This document shows positions 1 through 11,363 of a stretch of DNA of 64,000 nucleotides, piece after piece. Under the pieces are notes generated by a model. That model was not told where the DNA came from, searched no databases, and worked only from the letters and a program-made list of their open reading frames with translations. Positions within the stretch are counted from its first letter, which is position 1. Each line of letters starts with the position of its first letter. Made by a program: the position numbers and the translations under genes. Source of the DNA: Trypethelium eluteriae (taxonomy: Eukaryota); the NCBI GenBank assembly GCA_051942245.1, contig JAVECL010000006.1, forward strand, positions 62,001 through 126,000. The letters run 5' to 3'.

Positions 1-1970
1 CAGTAGCCGCTTACATTGATGCGAAATGGCAGATCCGGCAAGACCTTAAAGCTCTAAGCCATATAAGATGGGCAGAAAAAGGCGTTCAAGAAGCAGGTAG
101 TTCCATTTGTCCGTCGGATGCGAAAACAGCACTACTCACGTCTCTCGGTACTCAGAAGCGAAGAAACGAGCGTGTCTCTGGTACTTCTTCGAGGACCAAG
201 CTCAGCGCCTTACATCTGATCGCTGTATTTGGTCGAGGGCAGCTATCTTCACCTGGAGTGAAACGTACGATCAGGCCTGTCGATATGGCACTCTACTACG
301 CTCCATGGGCATACAACCCCGGGACTTGTGCGCATTCTATCTCCAAAACTCCCCGGAATTCATGATGGCGTTGCTGGGCAGCTGGGCTGTAGGATCTGCC
401 CCAGCAATGGTCAACTATAATCTGAGTGGGGACGCGCTAGTACATTGCTTACGGCTCGCCAATGCAAAGGTTCTGCTCGTTGATGAGGATGAGGCTTGTC
501 GAGCCCGGGTCGAGGAAGAACGCCATAGGATTGAAGAACAGTTGGGCATGAAGATTGTGATCCTCGACATGGCAAAGAAAGAAGAGGTGAGTAGCACTCC
601 CGCCGTCCGCCCGCCAGACACATTACGAGAACTACTGGATGGAGAATTCCCAATTTTTTTGCTCTACACCAGCGGAACTACGGGAATGCCCAAAGCCTGT
701 CGATTTCCAATAGCAAGAGCTTGGCCTTTTGGTGGGCCGATGTTGACTAGTCTTGGCTTAAAACCCGGTCCAAATGGAGATACTTGGTACGATTGCATGC
801 CTTTATACCATGGGACGGGTTGCTGTACAGCCTTGGCAGCACTTTGTTCGGGGATCAGTCTTGCAATCGGCAAGAAATTCTCTGCCGCGAAATTCTGGGA
901 TGACGTGAGAGACAGCGGAGCAAATGCATTCGTCTATGTAGGCGAGACGGCAAGGTACCTGCTCGCGCGACCTCCAAGTCCTAGAGATAGAGATCACAAT
1001 GTAAAAGTCATGTATGGAAATGGGATGAGGCCGGACGTGTGGAAAAATTTTAGAGATCGGTTCGGCATTGACACCATCATGGAGTTTTTCAACAGCACCG
1101 AAGGTGTCTTCGGCCTCGCAAATCCCTCTAGAGGTCTGCTCTTCCACGGCACGCAGCCCAGAACAGGATTGAAGCTAACACGATTGGATAGGGGACTTCA
1201 CCGCTACAGCCGTTGGCCATCATGGAGGCATCCTTCGCTTCCGTGTCCGCAATTATTTCATCGCTGTCGAGCCAGACTATGAGACCGGCGATCTGCTTCG
1301 GGACCCTGAAACCGGCTGGGTAAAGCGGAATACACTCGAAGAAGGCGGGGAAATCATTGTCGCCGTGCCAGATGAGAATCTTTTCCCTGGTTATCACAAC
1401 AATCCTGAAGCCACCGCCAAAAAATTCGTTCGAAACGTCTTTCGGGAAGGCGACTTGTACTTTCGAAGTGGCGATGCTCTCAGACGAGACAGTGAAGGCA
1501 GGTGGTTCTTCTTGGATAGACTAGGGGATACCTTCCGATGGAAAAGCGAGAACGTTTCGACGGCCGAGGTTGCCGAGGTTATTGGCCGTTATCCAGGTGT
1601 CGTAGAGGCAAATGTCTATGGAGTCCTGGTTCCCGGCCATGACGGCCGAGCAGGCTGTGCAGCAATTTTCATTGATCCACAAGCACGGCAGGGATTCGAC
1701 TTTAATGATTTATTGAAACATGCCCAGACTGTGCTTCCGCGCTATGCTGTCCCAGTATTCCTGAGGATTGTCGAGGAAATGACGCCGATTCACAATAACA
1801 AGCAGAACAAGGTGCCTCTAAGGAAAGAGGGCGTAGATCCAGATGCCATAATTCAAGGCGTAGCAGGACAGAACGACACGTTACTCTGGTGTCCTCCGCC
1901 GGGATCCAGTTATATCCCGTTCGGACAGAAAGATTGGGAGGGACTGCAAGGCGGGAAGGCAAGGCTCTAG
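1..1970 (+). CDS. Fatty-acid transport protein / very-long-chain acyl-CoA synthetase (FATP/Fat1 family), 5' end outside window, peroxisomal PTS1
   Basis: AMP-binding motif YTSGTTGMPK and FATP motifs YVGETARYLL, GNGMRPDVW, FFNSTEG, RSGDAL, DRLGDTFRWKSENVST. GT-AG introns at 97..155 (or 158) and 1134..1191 join the track ORFs 107..1282 and 1365..1970. The C-terminus is -KARL. Confidence 0.93.
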
Positions 1971-2441
1971 CAGAGTAGCTGCGATCTAGAATACGCAACA
2001 CTCTTGGAGATGTCGAGGACTCATGGGTATGCTTGGATTCATACGATCATAATGATAGACGTGGGCATTGTTAGAATATCCATATGTTGAGAATCGTTCT
2101 GTTGCTGCAGTCAGCATGTCCAGTCTATAAGGACCTGTCTTGTACCAAGGATTGTGTCCGTCCACGGCTCGTGGACATACCCGCGTACATCCCCTGTTGA
2201 AAAGGAGCCCTGCGTCGAGTGTATACTGTTTGAGCCACTCATTCCACAATCGCTTATCCGCGTTCCTTGACTGAAAATATCGTTCTGCAAGCGAAACAGC
2301 TACGGTCCTCCCTAATAGACGAAGTTAATAAAAGACGACGTCATGCCATGGTATTCTTGCCGCTTTAGTTTCGATAATGCACATGTAAAAAAAGTCAAAT
2401 ATATACATCATATGCATGTACGTTTCTCCAGATACAGGCTA

Positions 2442-5400
2442 TCACTTCCTAGAAACTTCTTGCCGAAGGTCCTTCCCTTCTATTTCGACGCCTTCTTCTA
2501 ATCGCGCCTCACTACGTCGGCCTGTAGCGCAACCATCACGGTTCTGATTATGCAGTTTCGCTGAAGAGCTCCTTCCACTGATCTTGCCTGCAAGGTTTGC
2601 CCCACGCCTAAAGCCCAAGCCGGGAAGTCCACTTCGTAATGCCAGGCTGCTGCAGACTACACTCACGCTACTTAATGCCATCGCCAGACTCGCCCACACC
2701 GGATCAAGTCGTATATGTGTACCACCAGCACTCTTTAATGGGTATAAGACTCCTGCGGCAATAGGCATCGCGACACAGTTGTACACAAGCGCCCAGCCGA
2801 AGTTGAACCAAACTCGTCGGAAGACGAGTCGGGAAAGATTGATCAGCGTGAGCAATGTTGATAAGTGTGAGTTGATGAGTACGAATGAAGCGGAGGAAAG
2901 CGCAACATCACTACCGGAGCCGATAGCAATCCCGATATCTGCCGTCGCTAAAGCTGGTGCATCGTTGATACCGTCGCCAACCATTGCCACCGTCGCCTTC
3001 TTCCTCTCTAGGCGTGCAAAACTCTGCAGACTTCTTCCACATATGGCTCGGAAAAATCGTTTCAGAATGTTAGGCCGAATAGGTTTGGACAAGTAATCCT
3101 GTAGCCATCTAATCTTCTCTGCCTTCTGATCAGGCAGCACCCCGGCGATAATGTTATCGGATGAAATGCCAACCTGAGCGCCGACTGCCTGAGCAGTAGT
3201 AGGATTGTCACCAGAAAGCATCCATACGGCGATGTTGCAGGATTGGAGTGCGGAGATCACAATAGAAGCCTCTGGGCGGAGAGGATCGGTGATGGCAAAA
3301 ATTGTTGATAACTTATAGGTTCCTGCTGTCGGTTGTCGCAGTGGAGATTTCTCAGATGTATGGAAGCGCGTGTTGACAGCCATGAGACCAATTGATTTCC
3401 CCTGACTCTTCCATAAGTCGATGGTCTTGAGCTGAGCTAAAGACAGTTCGACACCGTGGTCAGACATAAGTCTTTCATTGCCTAGAATGACGGAGACAAG
3501 TTCAGAAGAGATAGTTCTAGCCTTGAAAGTCCCACGCATGCCTTTCCCTACAATTTCGTCGATATCAGTCATTTCAACAGTATTCAATGCTTGTGAAACA
3601 TTGTGCTGGTTTGAACAGAAGGTAGTAATAGCGCTAGCCACTGGATGTAAACTGTTTTCTTCAAGACACTTGGCCATTGCGAGGTAGACTTGGTCATCGT
3701 CGCCGTTATAAGATTCATAGTCTGTAACAGCAGGATCCTCGCCTTGTGTAAGAGTACCGGTCTTGTCAAATACAATACAGTCAAGTGTGCTTGCCTCTTG
3801 AAAGGCTTCGCCACCCCCCTTGACTAGGATTCCATTCTTAGCGGCAAGACCTCCTCCTACGAAAAGCGCGGTCGGCGCTGCAAGACCGATTCCACAGGGA
3901 CACGCAATGACAAAGACCGCGATTGCGAAACGAAGAGCCCAAAAAGACCAGCCTCCAGCATCGGAGTCTCTATAGTCCGATGGCAACGCATGTGACAATC
4001 CCAAAGACATCCACACGATCCAGGTGATAATACCAACGAGGACAACAAACGGAGCAAAATGGCCAGTTATGAGGTCCGCCGCGCGTTCAACTGGAGCGCG
4101 TCGAGTTTGCCCTTCTCGCACAACCTGGATGATCTGATCGAGCATTGATGTTCCAGCGATGCTTGAAATGCCCACCGTAATCGGTCCAGTCTTGTTGACC
4201 GTTCCAGAATAAACGGTATCTCCGACAGTTTTTGTCACTGGTCGCGACTCACCTGTCAAACTGGCTTCATCAAAACTTGCCTCGCCCTGGAGGACGATCC
4301 CATCAAACGGTGGAGAGCTTCCGTTGGAGACTCGAACGACATCGCCGACTTCTAGTAAGTCCACCAGAACAATCTGATCCTGCATGGCGATAGGGTCGAT
4401 GAGAATTGCTTCGCTTGGTCTAAGTTTGCCAAGTGACTCTACAGCGTCACCTGTCTTGGCCTTGCTGTATGCTTCCAAGAACCGCCCAATCAAGAGGAAC
4501 ATTGTCAGGAAAACCACCGAATCAAAGTAGAATGAGTCACCGGATGAGGTTGCTCCTGAGTTCGCAGTAATCGCTAGATTCGCTATACTTGAGAAATAGG
4601 CAACGCTTGTACCAAGGCATATCAGCGTGTTCATGCTGCCGAATCTGTAAAATCGTCGTAGAACAGGGGTACGGCTGCTTGGTCGCCACAATGCTCGTAC
4701 CTCCTTCAAAGCTTTTTTGTGGTACGTATCGGCGGCAAAGAAATAAACAGGAGTCGAAAGAATGAAGAGAGCCCATTCAGTTCGACTGACGTTAGCAGCC
4801 CAAGGCTCCATCATAAACATTCTCGTGGGGCTTTCTGCGCTGAGAAGGCTCATAATGACTACACCAATCACGAAAGTAGGGATAGCCATGATGAAAGAAA
4901 GCAGAAGTCTTAAGAGAATACCGCGTCTGTGCTTGGCTAATGTGGCTTTTGATCGTTCTTCGATTGTCGGAGGGTGGTAAATGGAAACCTCAAAGTTCGA
5001 ATCGACGCTGGCGATGGCGGCAATAATGTGTCTGATCGTAAAATTTGGTGGATGTGGTGTGTATTTGATCTTCAATACGGGATTTTCCAAGATCAATGAC
5101 TCCTCAAGTTGAAGTGTATCATCCTTGAAGGCATCTAGTGCCTCCAACACACGGCCTGGACAAGAAGGGCAGTGCATGCCTGCAATCTTGATCTGCAACA
5201 CTCTTCCTATGTCTTCTTCTTTCTTTTGATCAAAGCTCGCCACAGCATCGAGAGTGGCGTCAAATCCGCAGTCCTCGATTGCTTCAGTGATCTCATCTAA
5301 ATGGTGTCTGCCAGTGAAGACTACAGTCCCACTATTGTGAATTAAATTGATGTCGATATTTCGGACGAATGAGAGGTTTCCAAGAGTTCCACTGATTGCT

Positions 5401-6056
5401 GAAGAGCAGGCACTACAAGTCATGCCGCCGATGGCATAGGTTGCCCGCCACAAGTCGATCTGCACTATACGCGATTCTCGATTTGCCTTGGCCTCGGAGT
5501 TCACGTCCAGAACATTTTCCAGTATAGCGTCGAAACCGGTGTCTTCGATGGTTTCCACAATGCGCTTTGCGTTCGAACGGTCCTCAAATTCGACAGTTGC
5601 ACTATTTGTGATTAACGACACGGTGATAGAGTGGACAAATTCCAAAGCCTGAACAGCGTCGGTGATTGCTCCAGTACAGGCGCTACAGGTCATACCAATG
5701 ATGGAAACCTCAGCTTTGAAGACACCCGTGGATAAGGCGTCCCGGGAAGAAAGTTTCTCGGCAAGCATTTCTTCCTCGGTTGAGCCAACCTCTGTTTGAG
5801 CAATGGCAACATCATGAATACCATTCTTAGACGATTTTTCGCTAATGTGAGAATGAGCTGTAGTGATCCTGCACGCATTCTTGCTATCGAGACATCCGTC
5901 GCAACTTAGCCGGCTTTGCATGATCGCATGCTTTCGTTGTCTTCGCGCATCATCTGCTGCTCTCCAGGTCCTGTCCCATCGAGGAAGTAGTTGGTCGAGG
6001 GCTCGATCCCACTCGTTACGAAAATCGCCACAGGGTGGGATGGCTATCTTCTCCAT
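2442..6056 (-). CDS. Copper-transporting P1B-type ATPase (CrpA/Crp1-like copper exporter)
   Basis: HMA motifs GMTCSAC (x2) and GMHCPSC, LTGES, transmembrane CPC, DKTGT phosphorylation site, GDGINDAPALA, and the YN and MALSS Cu(I) signatures. The CPCGIGLAAPTALFVGGGLAAK...GGGEAFQ context resembles the Crp-type exporters. The exact start is uncertain. Confidence 0.93.
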   Translation of the reverse strand: MEKIAIPPCGDFRNEWDRALDQLLPRWDRTWRAADDARRQRKHAIMQSRLSCDGCLDSKNACRITTAHSHISEKSSKNGIHDVAIAQTEVGSTEEEMLAEKLSSRDALSTGVFKAEVSIIGMTCSACTGAITDAVQALEFVHSITVSLITNSATVEFEDRSNAKRIVETIEDTGFDAILENVLDVNSEAKANRESRIVQIDLWRATYAIGGMTCSACSSAISGTLGNLSFVRNIDINLIHNSGTVVFTGRHHLDEITEAIEDCGFDATLDAVASFDQKKEEDIGRVLQIKIAGMHCPSCPGRVLEALDAFKDDTLQLEESLILENPVLKIKYTPHPPNFTIRHIIAAIASVDSNFEVSIYHPPTIEERSKATLAKHRRGILLRLLLSFIMAIPTFVIGVVIMSLLSAESPTRMFMMEPWAANVSRTEWALFILSTPVYFFAADTYHKKALKEVRALWRPSSRTPVLRRFYRFGSMNTLICLGTSVAYFSSIANLAITANSGATSSGDSFYFDSVVFLTMFLLIGRFLEAYSKAKTGDAVESLGKLRPSEAILIDPIAMQDQIVLVDLLEVGDVVRVSNGSSPPFDGIVLQGEASFDEASLTGESRPVTKTVGDTVYSGTVNKTGPITVGISSIAGTSMLDQIIQVVREGQTRRAPVERAADLITGHFAPFVVLVGIITWIVWMSLGLSHALPSDYRDSDAGGWSFWALRFAIAVFVIACPCGIGLAAPTALFVGGGLAAKNGILVKGGGEAFQEASTLDCIVFDKTGTLTQGEDPAVTDYESYNGDDDQVYLAMAKCLEENSLHPVASAITTFCSNQHNVSQALNTVEMTDIDEIVGKGMRGTFKARTISSELVSVILGNERLMSDHGVELSLAQLKTIDLWKSQGKSIGLMAVNTRFHTSEKSPLRQPTAGTYKLSTIFAITDPLRPEASIVISALQSCNIAVWMLSGDNPTTAQAVGAQVGISSDNIIAGVLPDQKAEKIRWLQDYLSKPIRPNILKRFFRAICGRSLQSFARLERKKATVAMVGDGINDAPALATADIGIAIGSGSDVALSSASFVLINSHLSTLLTLINLSRLVFRRVWFNFGWALVYNCVAMPIAAGVLYPLKSAGGTHIRLDPVWASLAMALSSVSVVCSSLALRSGLPGLGFRRGANLAGKISGRSSSAKLHNQNRDGCATGRRSEARLEEGVEIEGKDLRQEVSRK

Positions 6057-8469
6057 GACTGGAGTACCTTTTTCCCAGAACAGGTCGATATAGCAATCTA
6101 AGAACGAAGCATGCCAATCAGCGCGATATAGTAATTTCGCTTATCGAGCCGGAGTTGAGATGTGTTCTAATTATTGTCAGTGTTGCGTGACCCTAGCGGT
6201 GTGCGGCCTTGTGATCGGCTGTGTTTGTGATAATGTTTTACTCCAAAGATGAGCTTTGAAAGGTAACACTGTCGACTACCTCCAGCGATCACCAGCAGTT
6301 GGTGGAGAGGCTCAGATATCTTGGCGCTGGATGGAAAGGCAGATGACGTCTGGATATAACGAGTAGACGAGTGGGGAAAGTGGCAGAAGGTAATACAATT
6401 AATTTAGACGCATGGGAAAGAGAAACTTCAAGAAGAATCCGCGGCCTCGGCCATAATAGAAGAACCCGACATTGTGTGGGTCCTTGCCCTGGTGTGACAT
6501 ACCTTATTCCAAGACCACAATCAATTAGAGGGTGGCGCCTATTACGGATATAGCACTACCGCACAAATGTCGCACGCCAGCCGCATAGTCATGGCAACAT
6601 CGGCTAGCCGAGTATCCTTAAAGCGAATCATCGTGCTTGGGCGGAACGATCCGAAGGCCGTGAAGAAAAAATCTGTGCAGCAGGCGGGATCCAGATTAAG
6701 AGGTTGGTTACGGGTTGATGGAGAGGCGACTGGCTCATTGGGCAAGTCGTGAAACGACAAGGGTGGTCGGTGGTTGCTCACCGAGATGACTGCTAAGGGG
6801 GATTCCATATCACTGCTATCGGACCAAAACGTCATATGCGAATCGAATGCGCATCGCCCCTCCTGAGCGCTCATCGATGGCCATTCAGGGTGTCGTTTCG
6901 GGAGTGTCACGTAGATTGCGAGGCTCAGCAAAGGTCCTCATCCATGGCTCCCATGGTGTCGACTGCATAGCACATGTCAGTGTTATACGAAGCTGCGAAA
7001 GAGAGCAACCCAGGCAAGGAGCTGCAGACGACGCTGAACTCAGATGGAGCCTTTTGATGCCAGACAGGCATGTCACCCATGTCATTTTTGCCATCCAAAT
7101 CGTAAGGTCAATGGTATGTAGCGGTAGAGTAGCGAACCAAGCAAGGTGGCCAAACTTTGCCGACCGGGACATCTTCTGCTAATCTGATGCCACCCAGTCC
7201 ACCCTTATGGAACTGCAATAGAATGGATCAAACCTCTGGGCCAATTTACACATTAGGCTAAGGTAAGCCATCGACAGCCATGTGGATAATTTAGATTGCA
7301 CACTTAATCTTGACGTTGCCCGCATGCTACGTATGTATTGGCGGCAGTTTTCTTGATGACAGAGAGACTACTAGTTGATCGCCTGATCTTGCTTTCTGTC
7401 GATTGTGCCGATTCAATGCATTAGTTCTGGCTGCTCATCCACACTGCTGTTATCGGACGGAGGAACATCAGACATGGACCCCAGATGTCATTCTACGAGC
7501 GTCAAGTGGATTGCAACACTCACCGATACTCTACTCAACGGCATCGATTGCGGAGCGCATATTATTGCCCTGAAGCGCTGGCATAAGAATCGACTCAACT
7601 AAGGCAAAAAAGCTGCAGTTGACGCTCATTCTATTGCGTGCAAAACAAGCCTTATTTGGACTCAGCTCAAATGATAGCTAAAACAAAGTACCTGAGCTGC
7701 ATAAAGAAACGAAACGCCGAGGCAATAACCCTGCGAAGTTATCAACATCATCTAACTTCACTGAGATAAATGTAAGGAGACATTGAGCGAGTCCCATCAC
7801 ATGTCCTGGACCTGGTAGGCAGTGGGATTCGCTGACACGACTGAAGGAGACCAATCTTCCGCCCAAAGCCACATGTCTACAGTCTGGCCCAGCGATACGA
7901 GTGTAGGCGACAGCCACTCGCTGCCACACTGGCTCGCAGAAGGTTTACTCCCTCTTTCCTCTTCCCTCTTCCGCTTGTGCTGGGTAAAAATTCAATCTCG
8001 CTAGTTGTTCTACCCTCAGCCATGTCCTTCGAATCTGGGTAGGGGAGTGTTAAACCACCTCGAGCTATAGGAATGTGTCTTGCGAAGATTGCCTCTCCAC
8101 CGCGGAGTTCTCCAACGAACCTCGGCACGGGGAAAACAGGTTGGGCTAAAACTGGGTCAATCGCGGGAACTTCGCAACCACTATTACATTTGGCGACAGA
8201 AAGCCAAGAGACAATTGGCACTACCCACTCAACGGACACGAAAGGATGACGGAAATGAGCGATGCCTCGCCTTTGAACTTGTTCCCCAAATCCTATTCAA
8301 ATCTCCTCTACTCTCGCTCGACGACTTACCGCCTCACGATCGTCAACGGATCTGGCCTCCATTTCTCCATTTGCGGGCATACCGCGCTTTTTTTAGGATC
8401 ATGCCAACCAGACTGGCTAAGGCCGCTAGTAAATTTCCTTTTTGTTTCCGGAGACCAGGGAAGACCGGC

Positions 8470-8873
8470 TGAATGATATTCTCCAACACTGTAAACTCAG
8501 ATGTACGAACGAGAAACCGTGCGAATTCATTGCAATCTCGAGAGCGAGTGCAGGACAAAACGCCGAGTATGCTGATATGCCTGGCGGCACAATAGACTTG
8601 TATAGAGACGAGCTGTCCACGTGAGACTGGTTATACGAGTTCTACAACGTACTCTGGATCAGATGACAAACTGACCACGCCATTCTCGAGGCCGTGGTTA
8701 GAACTGCCAGATCTATCTGGGAGATGCAGCTTCTGGAAGAGATTGACACTAGACTGGGCTTGAGCCGAGGTGTGAGGATCCTAATCTTATGTCTAAAGAT
8801 TTCATCCGGGAACGAAAGCGCCCTGTTCGCTAGAGATTGCCTTCAAAAACAGATCCTGACAAAGACCGATTAG
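8470..8873 (+). pseudogene. Degenerate Zn2Cys6 transcription-factor relic
   Basis: HCKLRCTNEKPCE, then a frameshift, then CNLESEC at ~8487-8551 gives Cys3-Cys6 spacing of a binuclear zinc cluster. The first CxxC is missing. A downstream open stretch (..AILEAVVRTARSIWEMQ..ARDCLQKQILTKTD*) is TF-like but not diagnostic. Confidence 0.4.
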
Positions 8874-9167
8874 TTCATGGGCCAGCTTGTCGATGCGTGC
8901 ATAAAATCCTAGCAAAGTATGATAGGCTAAGGCATGTCGTTGACCGCGGTTAGGATGACTTACATTACCACACCTTCTCTCAATGTTGCCTATATGCTAT
9001 TTATATTGGTGCCGTTTCTCTAGACAACGGACGTTGGACGAATTGATCGCCCGACCTTGGGTTCTGTGGATTGTGTTGAGCCAATGCATTGACTTTGACT
9101 GATTAGAATGTATAAATTCCCTGCAGGCCTTGGTTCTGGTGTATCTTCACAGCACCTATGTTCCTAC

Positions 9168-11045
9168 CTATGTGAAGGAAGGTTGTATCCTGCCTGCCGC
9201 TCGATCCGCCAGCCTAATCTCCATCAATGTGCTGTAGACATGCTCAGCCCACTGACAGACTATCTTCCGCGTGTCCTTGGGGTCAATGATCTCCTCAACT
9301 CCGAATTTAACTGCCGTTCTCACGGGGTTCATCAACCTCAAATATTCATCCTCTAGTTCCTTGTATCTTCTCTTTGCTCCACCTGCTTCTTTCTTCTCTG
9401 CCTCCCTCAACTCGTGACGATGCCCAACTTCAATGCCGCCGTCGAGCGGAAGGGATCCCCAGTTCCCAGAAGGCCATGCCACACGAGGCATAGGGTCACG
9501 GCAATCCACCATGACTCCACCGGCGACGCCATAAACACGTCGTGTTATCACGGCAAAAATGGGCGTTGTGGTCGTATAGTAGGTCTTAGCAAGCTCGATG
9601 CCCCAGCGCATCGTGGCGGAGCGCTCAGCAAATGTGCCAATAGCATAGCCAGCTGTGTACAAGGTCCAGTCAGAAAGATACAGCAAAAGCTAGCATGCCT
9701 TAAGATGATGACTCTGCCACTTACGTATATCAAGAAATTCGACAATGGGGAGATTGAAGACGTCGCAGAATTTGAGCATTCTTGTCAACTTCTGGCTTCC
9801 TGCCGCATCAATTGCTCCACCATTGACTTCGCAGTTCAGCGACACGATGCCAACAGGTCTTCCACCTAGTCTCGCCAGTCCGCTGATCACTGTTGTTCCC
9901 CAAAGCGCACCAATCTCAAACCAAGATCCTATATCCACAACACTCTCAATGATGGTCCTCGCGTTGTACATTCTGCTCTGACGCCTAGGAATGAGGCTTC
10001 GCAGCCGTAGATCCTCCCTTTCCGTACTGTCTTTGGACTCCACTGAAGGGGGTGCGCATCTGCCATGGTTCGGTAAAAACCCTAGTACTGTCTTGATTTG
10101 CTCCATACACTCCTTCTCGTTAGCCGCCAAATTATCGATCGTCCCATTCGTGCAATGCATTGCCGGTCCACCGAGATCTTTCACGTCCAAACCCTCTTCA
10201 AAGGTCGCACCTTCGACCACTTTTGGTCCCGCATTGAACAAACTCCCCACGTCTGCCGCCATGACACTGAAATGACATGCCGTCACTCTTGCAGCGCCCA
10301 GCCCTACTGCAGGCCCCAGAATCGCGCCGAGGTTCGGAATGCCTTGATTCAACTGTGGAACGACGTGATGAAAAGCGCGAACAAGGGGAACGTAGCTGTA
10401 GCCGTCCTTTCGGATGAGTGTAACAGAGCCGCCGCCAGAGCTGCCATCAACTAATTTCACCATAGGTATGCGATTGGCAAGGGCCATCTTCTCCGCTAGA
10501 AGGGTCTTGTCCGGGACTGCCCCATCCAAGTGCCCGGCTCTGATACTGAAGTCATCGGCAGTAATCAGAACCTTCCTTTTTACACCAGGCCCCGTTCCGT
10601 TATTAACGGTAACGTTGCCCAGGCCCTGAATATTGTTGCTGGGAACGAAACTCCCGACTTGTTCTGTTCGAGGGCCAGTGGGAGTGAAGGTCGCAGTACC
10701 ACTGACAGAACCCAGCTCTTGAAAGGAGGAACAATCAAGAAGAAGTTTGATTCGCTGACGTACCCACAGCTTCCCAGCCTTTTGCTGGGCAATCACACCG
10801 CGATTGGAGGGATCTGGGGTTGTTGCAATGGTCTGAAGTTTCGAAAGTTCAGTAAGAACATCGGAGTAGTCCAGCGGGAGGGTGTTCTCATTTTGTTTGC
10901 GCGCGCGCTTCCCATGCTGACCATGCTGAATATGATCTGTGCTCGAAATGTTGGGGTTGCTGGTAGCGTGGACTGGCGAGAGGTGGGATGAAAGCTGGTT
11001 CAGCCGGCTGACGGCTTTCCTCGGAACATCGTCATCTCCTGCCAT
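9168..11045 (-). CDS. Acyl-CoA carboxylase carboxyltransferase (beta) subunit, PCC/MCC-beta-like, with N-terminal PTS2
   Basis: Carboxyl_trans motifs ADDFSIRAG, KLVDGSSGGG, LGGPAMHCTNG, GLARLGGRPVG and LDIPGYAIG, the last restored by intron 9653..9724 (GTAAGT..CTGAC..ACAG). N-terminal RLNQLSSHL matches PTS2 (RL-x5-HL). Confidence 0.92.
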
Positions 11046-11363
11046 CTCCTACGGGAATGAAAAGCTGCATGGCACTCCTCGATGGAAATTAAGAAGTACG
11101 CGAACGCTGTGATCTTGTTGGGCTCCACAAAAGCCATAGCATCCTCAACTACCTAATGAAGCACAACGTCCTTTCGGCACGGTTCGGGAGACCGAGGTCG
11201 GTTTCTGCAGACGATCCCCCGCCTTGAGCAGACGCGCCAGCACCCCAGAATGCCCTTCTCCAGCCAGGATATGAGTGTGTTTTAACGCTGCTCCGGCGGC
11301 GAACACTGCACGGCCGCCTGAAGTCACAGACTTGTTATAGAACGTGTCTTGAGAGGGTTCAAG
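11046..11363. promoter_or_regulatory. Short bidirectional promoter of the carboxylase subunit pair, containing one CCGAGG (FarA/Ctf1-type) hexamer at 11192-11197
   Basis: There are 318 bp between the divergent ATGs at 11045 (minus) and 11364 (plus). CCGAGG is the known FarA/FarB site, but a single hexamer is weak evidence. Confidence 0.45.

Noticed and set aside
6100..8400. Several short ORFs on both strands upstream of the Cu ATPase
   Set aside because: No recognisable motifs or consistent splice pattern, so treated as intergenic. No convincing Ace1/AceA site array was seen.
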